This document shows, in pieces, positions 1 through 8,576 of a DNA stretch of 64,000 nucleotides. Below the pieces are notes generated by a model. That model was not told where the DNA came from. It ran no database searches and saw only the letters and a program-made list of their open reading frames with translations. The position numbers were made by a program, and so were the translations under genes. Source of the DNA: a virus (Duplodnaviria; Caudoviricetes); IMG/VR virus record IMGVR_UViG_3300049988_000375, positions 1-64,000 of that record. One strand, 5' to 3'. Position 1 is the stretch's first letter. Each line of letters starts with the position of its first letter.

Positions 1-615
1 ATGAAAATTTCGCTGCCCGCCGAGCCTAGCTTGGTTGTAAAGCGCGGCAACAAGCGTATGTTGCCCGTCACGCCCCACGAAGTAAATGAGCTAATGACTT
101 GGGAAATCGAGTACCGATTTGTCCGTGAGGTCGAGCGGCTGGAACGGTCGGGGGTGGTGCCCAGCCGGGGTGAGTTGGAGCGCGTGGTGGGCCTGTTCCC
201 CGGTGACATTCGCGCCATTCGCGGCGGCATACGCGGAGTGGGCCTGGCTCAACTAGCGCTGCTGCACGAGAAGTACCGGGGCGACCGCGACTACATCCTG
301 CACGGCCGCCGCAACGAGGAGCTGAGTAAGCCCTACATTCCCGGCATCGGCAATATCGCCAAGTACGAGGGCTTCATCCACCAGTACAAGGCGCCCGCCC
401 GCTGGCGCTGCGGCCCCCGGCCCGAGCTGGTTTTCCCGCTGGTGCCCAGCGACCCCAACTCCGAGCGCAAGGCCTGGCACTACCCCGAAGACCCCGACAA
501 CAAGCAGTGGAAGCCCGGCCGCCTGCGCAATATCTCCGACCTGCAACGCGAGCAGCAGGAGCGCGAGGGCGCGGGTGCCGAACCAGAGACACCCACCACG
601 CAGGAAGAAGCCTAA
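1..615 (+). CDS. Hypothetical protein, possible HTH-type regulator
   Basis: 204 aa ORF with GC3-rich codons, followed by a hairpin; segment SRGELERVVGLFPGDIRAIRGG resembles a helix-turn-helix; true start may lie outside the window. Confidence 0.55.
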   Translation: MKISLPAEPSLVVKRGNKRMLPVTPHEVNELMTWEIEYRFVREVERLERSGVVPSRGELERVVGLFPGDIRAIRGGIRGVGLAQLALLHEKYRGDRDYILHGRRNEELSKPYIPGIGNIAKYEGFIHQYKAPARWRCGPRPELVFPLVPSDPNSERKAWHYPEDPDNKQWKPGRLRNISDLQREQQEREGAGAEPETPTTQEEA

Positions 616-620
616 GCAGA

Positions 621-651
621 AAGCCCCAACCGCAAACAGCAGTTGGGGCTT
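621..651. terminator. Intrinsic terminator between convergent genes
   Basis: aagccccaac (621-630) / gttggggctt (642-651) stem between + gene ending 615 and - gene ending 677. Confidence 0.75.
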
Positions 652-676
652 CGTTGTGGCGTTGCGGCGGGGTTAG

Positions 677-973
677 TTAATTCTTATTTGCTGACCGCAT
701 CCAAACGGACTCATACTCGCCGTTCTCGACTCGCTCAATCAACTCATCAAATTCCACTTCGCTGAGTTCTTTTAATTGCCGCGCATCGGGGTCTCGCAAG
801 TTTTTGCCCACCCAAAACACAGAATTAAACGTCGTTACCGTTAGCCCTACTCCGTTCTTTGGTTGAATCGAGTCCGGCTTTATCTCTTTTTCGCCGTGTG
901 TCTCATAGAAGGCCTTCTGAAGCCGCTTTACCTTGGCCCAAAAAATGTCGTGTGCAATCTGCTGGCTGCTCAT
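677..973 (-). CDS. Hypothetical early-region protein
   Basis: 98 aa ORF, last gene of the leftward operon. Confidence 0.6.
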   Translation of the reverse strand: MSSQQIAHDIFWAKVKRLQKAFYETHGEKEIKPDSIQPKNGVGLTVTTFNSVFWVGKNLRDPDARQLKELSEVEFDELIERVENGEYESVWMRSANKN

Positions 974-1008
974 ATTGGGGCTAGTGAAGCGGGGCTAGTT
1001 AAGAGTGT

Positions 1009-1254
1009 TTATGCGGATACTAAATCTGCCACGCATACGTCGGTGAAGGTGCATTTTATGCGCGTGGGGTCATATTCTTGCCCGAAATATAGTTCGGCCG
1101 TGCAGAACTCGTGGCCCATGTGCAAAATCTTACACCAGTAAAGGTCAATTTCCCCAACGGGGTCGTTCGACGGGAATCTGCTGGGAATTACCTGATACCA
1201 GCAGAGGCAAATGCTACCTATGGCGAAGGGCGGGGGTTCGGCTATCGTAAGCAT
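1009..1254 (-). CDS. Hypothetical protein
   Basis: ORF-track frame 1009..1323; ATG at 1254 sits just after the upstream stop at 1262. Confidence 0.45.
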   Translation of the reverse strand: MLTIAEPPPFAIGSICLCWYQVIPSRFPSNDPVGEIDLYWCKILHMGHEFCTAELYFGQEYDPTRIKCTFTDVCVADLVSA

Positions 1255-1261
1255 GGCGGGG

Positions 1262-1618
1262 CTATTTGGGCCATACTGCCTCGTGCTTGCAGTGCTTGCA
1301 TTTATACTCGTCACCATTGGCATATGTAGCTAGGTAGCGCAAGTCTTCACCCCCGCACTCCAAGCAATAAGGTTCTTCTTTTGGCTCGACAATGGCTATT
1401 TCGCGCAGCAACTCACTACTGGCATTGATTATGTTGGATTTAGCATTAATTAATTTAGTGACAAAATCAATTGCTGCGTGAAATCCGTCTTGGTAGGCTT
1501 GCTGCCTTTCAGATATACTTACTTCTTGTTCGTGAATGTTCGGGTAAGTCCTTGGGCGTTCTGCATCAAATTCCTCAGTGTAGCGAATTGACTCCAAGTC
1601 TAGTTCTTCGGTTGTCAT
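1262..1618 (-). CDS. Hypothetical protein with C-terminal Zn-ribbon
   Basis: CLEC...CKHC cysteine pairs at C-terminus. Confidence 0.65.
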   Translation of the reverse strand: MTTEELDLESIRYTEEFDAERPRTYPNIHEQEVSISERQQAYQDGFHAAIDFVTKLINAKSNIINASSELLREIAIVEPKEEPYCLECGGEDLRYLATYANGDEYKCKHCKHEAVWPK

Positions 1619-1630
1619 GGTTAGGCGGGG

Positions 1631-3271
1631 CTAGTTGGTGGGCTTAAGGCGATTAAGGCAATTCAAGTAGTGCTGCCACTTGGGCTCTTTGCGGTTGATG
1701 ATGGCGCGGCGAATGAGGTAGCGGGGCCACGGCTGGCTGCGCAGTAGGTCGTGGTGGGCACAGAACGCGGCCAAGCATGAGAAGTCGGCGCCTAGCTGCT
1801 CCATTGCCCCCGAGAAGGACAGCATGTCTGCGTCCCGCGCCCGGTAGCCCCACACCTTTTGCCGTAGTTCGTCAAAGACAATCGGCAGGTCAGGCAGCGT
1901 ATCGACGTGGGCGTAGTGTTGGCGGTAGCGCACGGCCAGATAAGGCTCCTTATCGGGCGGGTAAATCCAGGCTACAGCGGCCTTGCCGATTTGGTGTAGC
2001 AGCACGACCCGGCAGCCTTCGAGGCGGTATTGGGTGAACGGGAACTTCTTGACGGGCACAGCGGGGCTAGTAGATGCAGCCGGCAAGTTCGGGCTTACGT
2101 CGGCTAAGGCCAAGTCGGCAGCCTCGCACCACACTAGCGACTCGTTCCAATGGAAGGATTCGTGGCGCAGGTGGTGGGAAATGCGGGCGCGCAGTTCTTC
2201 GGGCTGACGTTCGGCTTCCACCAGCGCAGTGGCACACTCTACCAGTTCAGTGAGGGCAGCGGCTAGCTCGGGGCTGGGTGGGGTATTGTCGGCCATTGTG
2301 ACGCGGGCAGCGGGCTTTTGGGCGCGGGGTTTGCGCGGGGCCGGGGCTAGTTGCTCGGTGGGCATGGTGGCGGGGCTGAGCAGTAGGGCGTGGGCCGGGT
2401 TTGCATCATAGCCGAAGCCACCCTGCATGATGGGCATAACCAAAACTAACTTGGCGTGATTGTCGGAGTCGCGCAGCACCAGCGCCCGGTTGGGCGTGCT
2501 TAGTTCTAGCTGCACGCGCTTGCTGCCAGTAGCCAGCAGGCCCGTGATAGCCAGCAGCAGGTGCGAAGCATTGAAGAACGCAAACCAGTCCTCGCACACC
2601 TCGCGAAAATCAATGAAGGCGTGAATGCCTCGATAAATGTTCACAAAGCGCTCAGCTTTGCAAATGCCGGCTAGGCGATTGCGTAGCACCTCTAATTGCG
2701 CCACGTTCAACGTTACGGCGGGGTTAGTACGCCCAGCCAACGGAATCGCGTTCTCGTAGTCAGGATACCGCAAGTCGGACTTTTCAATGGGCGCAAATCC
2801 CTTGCCCATTACATCGCCTACGGCTAGTGCCGCGCCGGTTTTGGGATTTAGCAGCAAGTCAGCTTCGCCCACTTGGTCGGATGGCAATACAGCCAGCGAG
2901 TGCCCATTAGTGGCTACCACTGACTTGGTGCGCGCTTGATGATACACGCACATCATGGCGGCCCGCAATTTATTGGTGCTAGCAAACTGCTTTGCCACCT
3001 CGACGGGGCTAGTCTGCTTCACCTTGGGCGCCTTAATTGGCTGAATAACTAGCAGGCCTGTCACATCGTCACCATCAATACGGTCTTTTTTGAGCGGGGC
3101 TTTACCGGACAGGTCGCCGGCCAGTATGCGCGGGGCTAGTTCCTTCATTTCAGCATCTTGCGCGGCCGAATCATGTTCTTTGATAAACGCGCTGCGCTGG
3201 GTTAGTTTTTTGTAGCGCGCAAGCAGTTCGGCCGTGGTGGCGACAGTGGCGGGGCTAGTTTGGGTAGGCAT
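1631..3271 (-). CDS. Multidomain protein with partial DNA Pol III beta-clamp-like region
   Basis: VVATNGHSL, YPDYENAIP, FNASHLL and LVLVMPI match DnaN motifs VATDGHRL, FPDY, FNxxY and VVMP in order; unrelated C-terminal domain. Confidence 0.65.
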   Translation of the reverse strand: MPTQTSPATVATTAELLARYKKLTQRSAFIKEHDSAAQDAEMKELAPRILAGDLSGKAPLKKDRIDGDDVTGLLVIQPIKAPKVKQTSPVEVAKQFASTNKLRAAMMCVYHQARTKSVVATNGHSLAVLPSDQVGEADLLLNPKTGAALAVGDVMGKGFAPIEKSDLRYPDYENAIPLAGRTNPAVTLNVAQLEVLRNRLAGICKAERFVNIYRGIHAFIDFREVCEDWFAFFNASHLLLAITGLLATGSKRVQLELSTPNRALVLRDSDNHAKLVLVMPIMQGGFGYDANPAHALLLSPATMPTEQLAPAPRKPRAQKPAARVTMADNTPPSPELAAALTELVECATALVEAERQPEELRARISHHLRHESFHWNESLVWCEAADLALADVSPNLPAASTSPAVPVKKFPFTQYRLEGCRVVLLHQIGKAAVAWIYPPDKEPYLAVRYRQHYAHVDTLPDLPIVFDELRQKVWGYRARDADMLSFSGAMEQLGADFSCLAAFCAHHDLLRSQPWPRYLIRRAIINRKEPKWQHYLNCLNRLKPTN

Positions 3272-3374
3272 GGGGTGTCGCATTAACGGTGGCGAGCGCT
3301 GGGTTAAGGGTGAGGGATTGAGCCCGGCCCCGTCGTGAGCGGGGCAGCCTAGCGATATAGGGCGGGCAGATGTT

Positions 3375-3629
3375 CTAATCGAGGGGAAGGCTTGCGGCGG
3401 TGCCGACCTTTTTATACTGGCTTACAATAATTGCCACCCGCCCGCTACTCAGGTGAGTACACATGATTAATATTATGCTTTTATCCTCGCAAAGGAGTTG
3501 CTCCATTGCTATCGCGTCACGCCATCCCTGCGTTTCCTCGAATTGGATAGACACTTGATTCATGTCGTCACGCCTAGCAATTCGAAAGAGGTGGCTAATT
3601 AATTCATTGGCTTTTTTAGTAACTGACAT
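3375..3629 (-). CDS. Hypothetical protein
   Basis: 84 aa from ATG 3629 (MSVTKKANEL...). Confidence 0.5.
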   Translation of the reverse strand: MSVTKKANELISHLFRIARRDDMNQVSIQFEETQGWRDAIAMEQLLCEDKSIILIMCTHLSSGRVAIIVSQYKKVGTAASLPLD

Positions 3630-3685
3630 AACATCGCCCGTAACGTGGGCCAGCGTTGGAATAGGTGAGGTGAAAGGGGGGTTAG

Positions 3686-3976
3686 TTATTCGGCGGTGAC
3701 AATCAGAATGGGGCCGCACAGTTCTTCGCAGCCTAGCAGGGCGAAAGCAGTCCCTTCGGGGTTGGGCGCTAGGTCGTAGTCGGCGGCATTGGTAATACCC
3801 CACACGGCGCGGGTTTCGTCGGCAAATAGCAGGTCGTCGGGGCCGCCAAGTACCTCAGCAATCGCAGCCGTATTGTGGGCGATAAAGCCGGCCCGCAGCT
3901 TAATGCCTAATCTTCTCAGTTCCTCAGCGGGCAAGATGCGGGCGGGCTTATTCGGGTAGTAGACGGTGGCTTTCAT
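3686..3976 (-). CDS. DUF3846-like protein
   Basis: 96 aa; LAPNPEGTAFAL...LCGPILIV resembles the DUF3846 PN.AT...GP motif. Confidence 0.55.
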   Translation of the reverse strand: MKATVYYPNKPARILPAEELRRLGIKLRAGFIAHNTAAIAEVLGGPDDLLFADETRAVWGITNAADYDLAPNPEGTAFALLGCEELCGPILIVTAE

Positions 3977-4040
3977 CGGGAAATCAGTAGGTGGTGAGTG
4001 AGTGAAACGGGGCTAGTTGCTAGGCAATTCTTCTGCGCAA

Positions 4041-4177
4041 GGCCAGCGCGTGGGGTAGTGGGTGCATTGTGGAAAGAATGGGGTGTCAGGTTGGCCCGCT
4101 CTGTGTTTGTGCTGAGTTGCGACAGCTAGCCGGGGTTAGTGGCTACTCACATTAGGCGCGGGCGCAATGGCCCGCTA
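4041..4177. repeat. 137-bp direct repeat R-A, copy 1
   Basis: ggccagcgcgtggggtagtg...gcaatggcccgcta identical to 4591-4727. Confidence 0.97.
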
Positions 4178-4182
4178 AGGCG

Positions 4183-4569
4183 CTATTGCATTAGCGCGGC
4201 GTAGTCGAGCGAGGCGCAGAACTCGGCAGATTCGGCGTCAAATACCTCGGCCAGTTGGGCGCGGTGTTTGCTCACAATGGCAGCGGCTAGGCAGTAGGTT
4301 TGGGTGCTGTCTAGTAGCGACTCAATGCTGGGCATGGGTTGTTTGCCAGTGTAGAACTTACCTAGCCACGATAGGGCCAGCACCTCGGCGGCGGCGGCTG
4401 CACTCATGCCTGATTTGCCGGGGAAAGACTTGCGGTGAGTGCGTTCTTCGGCAAGCGTGGCCGCTAGTAGCTTCTCAATGGGGTTAGACCAGCCGTAAAA
4501 AGCACGGTCTAGGTTGCTGAAAATGGAGCGGGCAGTCTTAACGATTGCGGTGTTGTTTTGGGTAGTCAT
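4183..4569 (-). CDS. Hypothetical early protein (starts MTTQNNTA)
   Basis: ORF bounded by R-A copies; N-terminus encoded by repeat R-B. Confidence 0.7.
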   Translation of the reverse strand: MTTQNNTAIVKTARSIFSNLDRAFYGWSNPIEKLLAATLAEERTHRKSFPGKSGMSAAAAAEVLALSWLGKFYTGKQPMPSIESLLDSTQTYCLAAAIVSKHRAQLAEVFDAESAEFCASLDYAALMQ

Positions 4570-4598
4570 GGTATTAGTTGGCATTACCGGGGCCAGCG
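4547..4598. repeat. 52-bp direct repeat R-B, copy 1 (leader plus first codons)
   Basis: gcggtgttgttttgggtagtcatggtattagttggcattaccggggccagcg identical to 5337-5388. Confidence 0.97.
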
Positions 4599-4727
4599 CG
4601 TGGGGTAGTGGGTGCATTGTGGAAAGAATGGGGTGTCAGGTTGGCCCGCTCTGTGTTTGTGCTGAGTTGCGACAGCTAGCCGGGGTTAGTGGCTACTCAC
4701 ATTAGGCGCGGGCGCAATGGCCCGCTA
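4591..4727. repeat. 137-bp direct repeat R-A, copy 2
   Basis: Identical to 4041-4177; overlaps R-B copy 1 by 8 bp. Confidence 0.97.
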
Positions 4728-4732
4728 GGGGT

Positions 4733-5359
4733 TTATAGGTCGCGGCGCCGGCTTACATCGCTAACGCTAGTGGTGTATTCAGCCCCCACGCGCTCAGCAT
4801 AAGACCAAACAGCTTCTTGTGGCCGACCTTTGCCAAAGTCTAGCAAGCCGGGCAAAAACCCGAGACTTGCCAGTAAGGCGGTCATTTCGTGCTCATATTG
4901 GTTGCTGTAGCCATACCGAAAATCAATGCGGGCCACTACAACGCCGTTAACTTGGCCCACTGCTGAGAAGTAGGTATTGCCGTAAGTTTTATCAAACCAG
5001 CGCCGACCGCTAATGTGGATGGTTTGCGTGGGGCCAACCTGTGCGGGGCCGGGCATCCAAGTGGATTTAGCCATTGCCAGCGCCCGCTTGTATTGGGTTT
5101 GGTCATTAGAGGCCATCCAGCTATACACGAAGTCGGGGCCGGTCATGTCGTACTCAGCAGCCACGAGGGTAGTAGCCTGGTGCTCGATATAGCTAGCGCC
5201 GGGCAAGTCATACATCCGAACGCCTGTTACCGGGCACTTGCCCAAGTACTTAACGACGCATTCACCGTAGGTGCCAAATCCGAAATCCACCAGTTGGTCG
5301 GCGTTAATGCGGAAGTTGGGGATAGTGGCTGCTTTGGCGGTGTTGTTTTGGGTAGTCAT
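4733..5359 (-). CDS. Two-domain hypothetical early protein (starts MTTQNNTA)
   Basis: First gene after the 5442 promoter; C-terminal GRRWFDKTYGNTYFS...YGYSNQY segment looks like a phage early-gene domain. Confidence 0.75.
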   Translation of the reverse strand: MTTQNNTAKAATIPNFRINADQLVDFGFGTYGECVVKYLGKCPVTGVRMYDLPGASYIEHQATTLVAAEYDMTGPDFVYSWMASNDQTQYKRALAMAKSTWMPGPAQVGPTQTIHISGRRWFDKTYGNTYFSAVGQVNGVVVARIDFRYGYSNQYEHEMTALLASLGFLPGLLDFGKGRPQEAVWSYAERVGAEYTTSVSDVSRRRDL

Positions 5360-5388
5360 GGTATTAGTTGGCATTACCGGGGCCAGCG
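5337..5388. repeat. 52-bp direct repeat R-B, copy 2
   Basis: Identical to 4547-4598. Confidence 0.97.
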
Positions 5389-5434
5389 TGGGGTGAAGGT
5401 GAGCGGCTGTTTGTTTGTTGCCGTTGTTCTTGTA

Positions 5435-5465
5435 CAAATGTAGGGATGTTTACGGGAATAGCAAA
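5435..5465 (-). promoter_or_regulatory. Bacteroidota sigma-A promoter for the early operon
   Basis: Minus strand TTTG (5465-5462), 19 nt spacer, TACATTTG (5442-5435); several TTTGC repeats upstream. Confidence 0.8.
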
Positions 5466-5525
5466 CTAAAAGGCAAACAAAAAGCAAAATAAAAGCAAAT
5501 ACTTTCGTAACGCACTGATTAGCAA

Positions 5526-5930
5526 TCACAAAATATCCGCCTGTTTTTTGTCTTTTTGTCGCGTGTACTTGCGGGGCCACTTGGGAAAGTCATGCTTATC
5601 AACAGCACGGCGGGCTTTTCTTTCTGCGCGCACCAACGCAGCCAGCACCAAACGGCCGGCATCCGTCAGCCGCAGCGCCCACGAAATGCGGTCAGAGTAC
5701 ACGAGCCACCCCTTGCTAATCGCCTGGTTTATGCCGGCTAGCGTGGTATCATACGAGCAGCCCAAAAGCTTGCTAACAGCCGTTGAGCCAACCTTGTAGG
5801 TAGTCGCGTGGCCTATCTCTAACGCGCCCAGCACGCGCAGCGTACGCGGGCTTACGCCGTAGCTAGCCGCTACGCTATCCAGCACGTTAGCCCCTTGCAC
5901 CAGCGTTGCCAAGTAGTTTGGTTTATTCAT
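5526..5930 (-). CDS. Winged-helix (MarR-like) DNA-binding protein
   Basis: TLRVLGAL...STAVSKLLGCSYDTT...KGWL...LRLTDAG pattern. Confidence 0.7.
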   Translation of the reverse strand: MNKPNYLATLVQGANVLDSVAASYGVSPRTLRVLGALEIGHATTYKVGSTAVSKLLGCSYDTTLAGINQAISKGWLVYSDRISWALRLTDAGRLVLAALVRAERKARRAVDKHDFPKWPRKYTRQKDKKQADIL

Positions 5931-6475
5931 GCCGCGTCACGAAGCCAGTTTTCGTACTTCAGTTCTTCACCGTTCTCTATGCGCTTAATTACATAGCGAA
6001 CGGATAGCCGGTGAAGGTCGAGCGCCCGGCCAATAGCCGACTGGCTGTGCCCATCAGCGTGCAACTGCCGTATTTGCGCTATTTCTTCGCCGCGAATAAC
6101 GCGGGAGTCGCCCCTAGCCGTGCGCTTGCGCGGTGCGCGGTTCTCTAAGTTTTGGGCGGGCGTTACAATGCGCAAATTATCTGCTCGGTTGTCTGAGGGG
6201 CAGCGGTTTATGTGGTCTACCTGCCGGCCCTCTTCGTACTCTCCGTTGAGGCCTAGCCACACGGCGATATGCTCGTACACCATAATGCCCGGCCCCTTGC
6301 CCCGGCCCAAACTCATATCTAACTGCCGATAGCCGTTAGGCATAAGGTGCCCGGCAAGGGGTAGCCATTGGTCAGCAGCTTTGCGGTAAGACTCTATTCT
6401 GCCCTCTGCCCCATTGACGCGATACTTGCCCCCGGCGAAGCATTGCAGAACTCTTTGTTGTTTGTCTTTTGTCAT
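5927..6475 (-). CDS. HNH endonuclease with C-terminal HTH
   Basis: EHIAVW...VDHINRCPSDNRADNLRIVTPAQN HNH_3 motif; IRQLHADGHSQSAIGRAL HTH. Confidence 0.9.
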   Translation of the reverse strand: MTKDKQQRVLQCFAGGKYRVNGAEGRIESYRKAADQWLPLAGHLMPNGYRQLDMSLGRGKGPGIMVYEHIAVWLGLNGEYEEGRQVDHINRCPSDNRADNLRIVTPAQNLENRAPRKRTARGDSRVIRGEEIAQIRQLHADGHSQSAIGRALDLHRLSVRYVIKRIENGEELKYENWLRDAA

Positions 6476-6478
6476 AGC

Positions 6479-6510
6479 CAAATCTACTAAACAGAAGGCA
6501 AATAAGCAAA
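6479..6510 (-). promoter_or_regulatory. Sigma-A promoter, near-leaderless, for the HNH gene
   Basis: TTTG (6510-6507), 20 nt, TAGATTTG (6486-6479). Confidence 0.75.
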
Positions 6511-7293
6511 CTATTTAGCAAACTAACTAAGCCCGGCAAACAAGTCCGCTGGGTGGGGTGATTACATAGAGTGAGGAGAGAGAAGAAGAAGGAGCTAGGC
6601 CAAGTAGTCATGCACAGCCACAGCACCCGCAGCTTATCCAATCGGCAAGGGCCTTGCCCCGCTGGTGGGGGAGGAGAGGGGCAAGGCATTGCCCATTATA
6701 CCTTATGCCTGTTAAGGAAACATATTGTATGTTATAAGACATTGCCCTTCACCCACTTGCAGCACTTCACGGCCACAGGTTTCGGGCTAAATCGGCCTCG
6801 TATGGGGTGGCATTCGGGCTAGGGGTACCGGGTTTGGGGGTTTCACTTGCCCATTGGGGGTGGGGGATGGGAATACCCCCGGTAGGCCATTTACCACACC
6901 CTGACAACCGATTTTCGGGCCAGAACACCCCGGTTTTGAGCCTTGATAGCCCGGTTTTAGGGCCGGATTCGAGCTGATACTGGCTGCTGGATGCCAAAAA
7001 CGGGCTGAAAAGAGGCAAAAAGACCGTGTTTTGAGGGAGCCCGAAGGGCAAAAAGGCGCCCTGCGCCGGCACCCAATTCGTTCAAGTTGGTTTTGGCGGA
7101 TTTCGTTGGCGATTTGCTATGTTTAGCTGGGGGCTGCTAGTGGTAGTGAGTAAGCAGTAAAAAAGACGTGTATTAGATAATAAGAGGGGCGTAGAAGTAC
7201 GTTGCCAGTCAGTGGGTTAATGGGTTCGTCTTGCGTGGCTGTGTAGTCGGCTATTGATAGCCAAGTGTTGTTTGCCAAAATAAATTTGTTTTA

Positions 7294-7325
7294 TTTGGTA
7301 AAATTTGCTTTTTGTTGTAGATTTG
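7294..7325 (+). promoter_or_regulatory. Sigma-A promoter, near-leaderless, for the RepL-like gene
   Basis: TTTG (7294-7297), 20 nt, TAGATTTG (7318-7325); ATG at 7330. Confidence 0.8.
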
Positions 7326-7329
7326 CTCA

Positions 7330-7767
7330 ATGGCTAGTCAAAACCAAATCAGGGAAACCGTGGACCACACGACGGGGGAAACCCTGCGGAGTGAGCGCGT
7401 TTACACGGCCCGCTACAAGTCCGAGCCGTTCGTGAGCATGTCCTTGCCCGCGTCCGAACTGCTGCACAGCCTCACTTCGATGAAGGACATGCGGGTGCTG
7501 CTGGCCCTCGCGGAGCTGGCTGAGTTCAATACCAACGCCATCTTTCTAATCGCCTCGCGCCGGCAGCAGGTGATGGCACGCGCCAGCGTCTCCACCGCCC
7601 AGCTCAGCGTTGCACTGCGCCGGCTGCGCGAGGCGGGCATCCTGTCCGGCTCGAAGGGCGAGGCTATCATTCACCCTGGCGTACTCTGGAAGGGCAACTC
7701 GGCTGTGCGCCGCGAAAAGCTGGCCGAGTTAGCGAGGCAAGTAAAATCTAACTTTGAAAACGAATAA
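7330..7767 (+). CDS. RepL-like winged-helix replication/maintenance protein
   Basis: VDHTTGE N-terminus; QLSVALRRLREAGIL HTH; IIHPGVLWKG matches the RepL-type NP..FWKG. Confidence 0.7.
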   Translation: MASQNQIRETVDHTTGETLRSERVYTARYKSEPFVSMSLPASELLHSLTSMKDMRVLLALAELAEFNTNAIFLIASRRQQVMARASVSTAQLSVALRRLREAGILSGSKGEAIIHPGVLWKGNSAVRREKLAELARQVKSNFENE

Positions 7768-7797
7768 TCAACCCCCACCCTAAAAAGCTAATTCGTC

Positions 7798-8269
7798 ATG
7801 GCAGATAACATCGATATTCTACAGTTGCCTGCTGGCCGGGAGCTGGATGACATTATTGCTGAATCATTTTTTGGGTATATCCGAGTTTGGCTGCAACTGC
7901 GGGCAGAAAGGGCGCCTGAAAACATGCTTATTCAAGCCAAGGATTTAGGCTTCTATTGCAGCTATTTCCATGCAGCAGAAGGGTGGCATGAGAAGGGGGG
8001 GGCGTCGGCAAGGGGGCATCGCGGCCTACTCCACTGATATAGCAGCCGCATGGCAGCTTGTAGATGCCCTTGCTGCCACTCACGCGTTGCGCCTGACCTA
8101 TGGCATTTGGCGAGAGAATGGGGAGAAGCAGGTGGGTTGGCGCGCTGACTTCGGGCCGTTCGGGGCCTCTTCTAAAACCTGCGAAACCGCACCGCACGCC
8201 GTGTGCCTGGCTGCCCTGCTAGCCACCCTTCCCGAATCGGCCACCCTAGAGAACCAGCCCGCATCGTGA
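7798..8269 (+). pseudogene. Phage ABA-sandwich (BC1872-like) gene split by a frameshift at G8
   Basis: GRELDDIIAE in frame 1 and YSTDIAAAWQLV...TAPHAVCLAAL in frame 2; deleting one G from 7995-8002 joins them. Confidence 0.75.
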
Positions 8270-8475
8270 GCCGCCAGCCTATTACCGTAGTGCCCGACTG
8301 CCCGCGCCTACTCCCTATAAAGCGCGGAGACACAGTCTTTCACACCCTCTCAGAACGCGAGTTCAGGTGCATGGATGCCAAGCAAGAGCGGTGGATGAAT
8401 ATGAACCCTTGCTACAGGCTGCTATTCAAGTCGAAATCAGCGGCCCCCACTACAGAAAAAACGCCCACCCCATGA
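8266..8475 (+). CDS. Hypothetical protein
   Basis: GTG start overlapping the upstream TGA. Confidence 0.45.
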   Translation: MSRQPITVVPDCPRLLPIKRGDTVFHTLSEREFRCMDAKQERWMNMNPCYRLLFKSKSAAPTTEKTPTP

Positions 8476-8576
8476 GCCCATACCAACTGAAAATCATCGC
8501 ACTTGGCTTGCCGGCAATCATTGGCTATGCCGTGCTAATCGGCCGCTGGCTATTCACCCCCACCAACCATGACTAA
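8472..8576 (+). CDS. Small single-TM peptide
   Basis: MSPYQLKIIALGLPAIIGYAVLIGRWLF; overlaps both neighbours. Confidence 0.5.
   Translation: MSPYQLKIIALGLPAIIGYAVLIGRWLFTPTNHD

Noticed and set aside
4041-5388. CRISPR array, insertion sequence or DGR
   Set aside because: Only two copies of each repeat, gene-length spacing, no cas, transposase or reverse transcriptase, and no adenine-specific mismatches.
6822-6872. G-quadruplex
   Set aside because: Two groups of three G-runs separated by a ~15-nt loop; not a canonical four-run motif.
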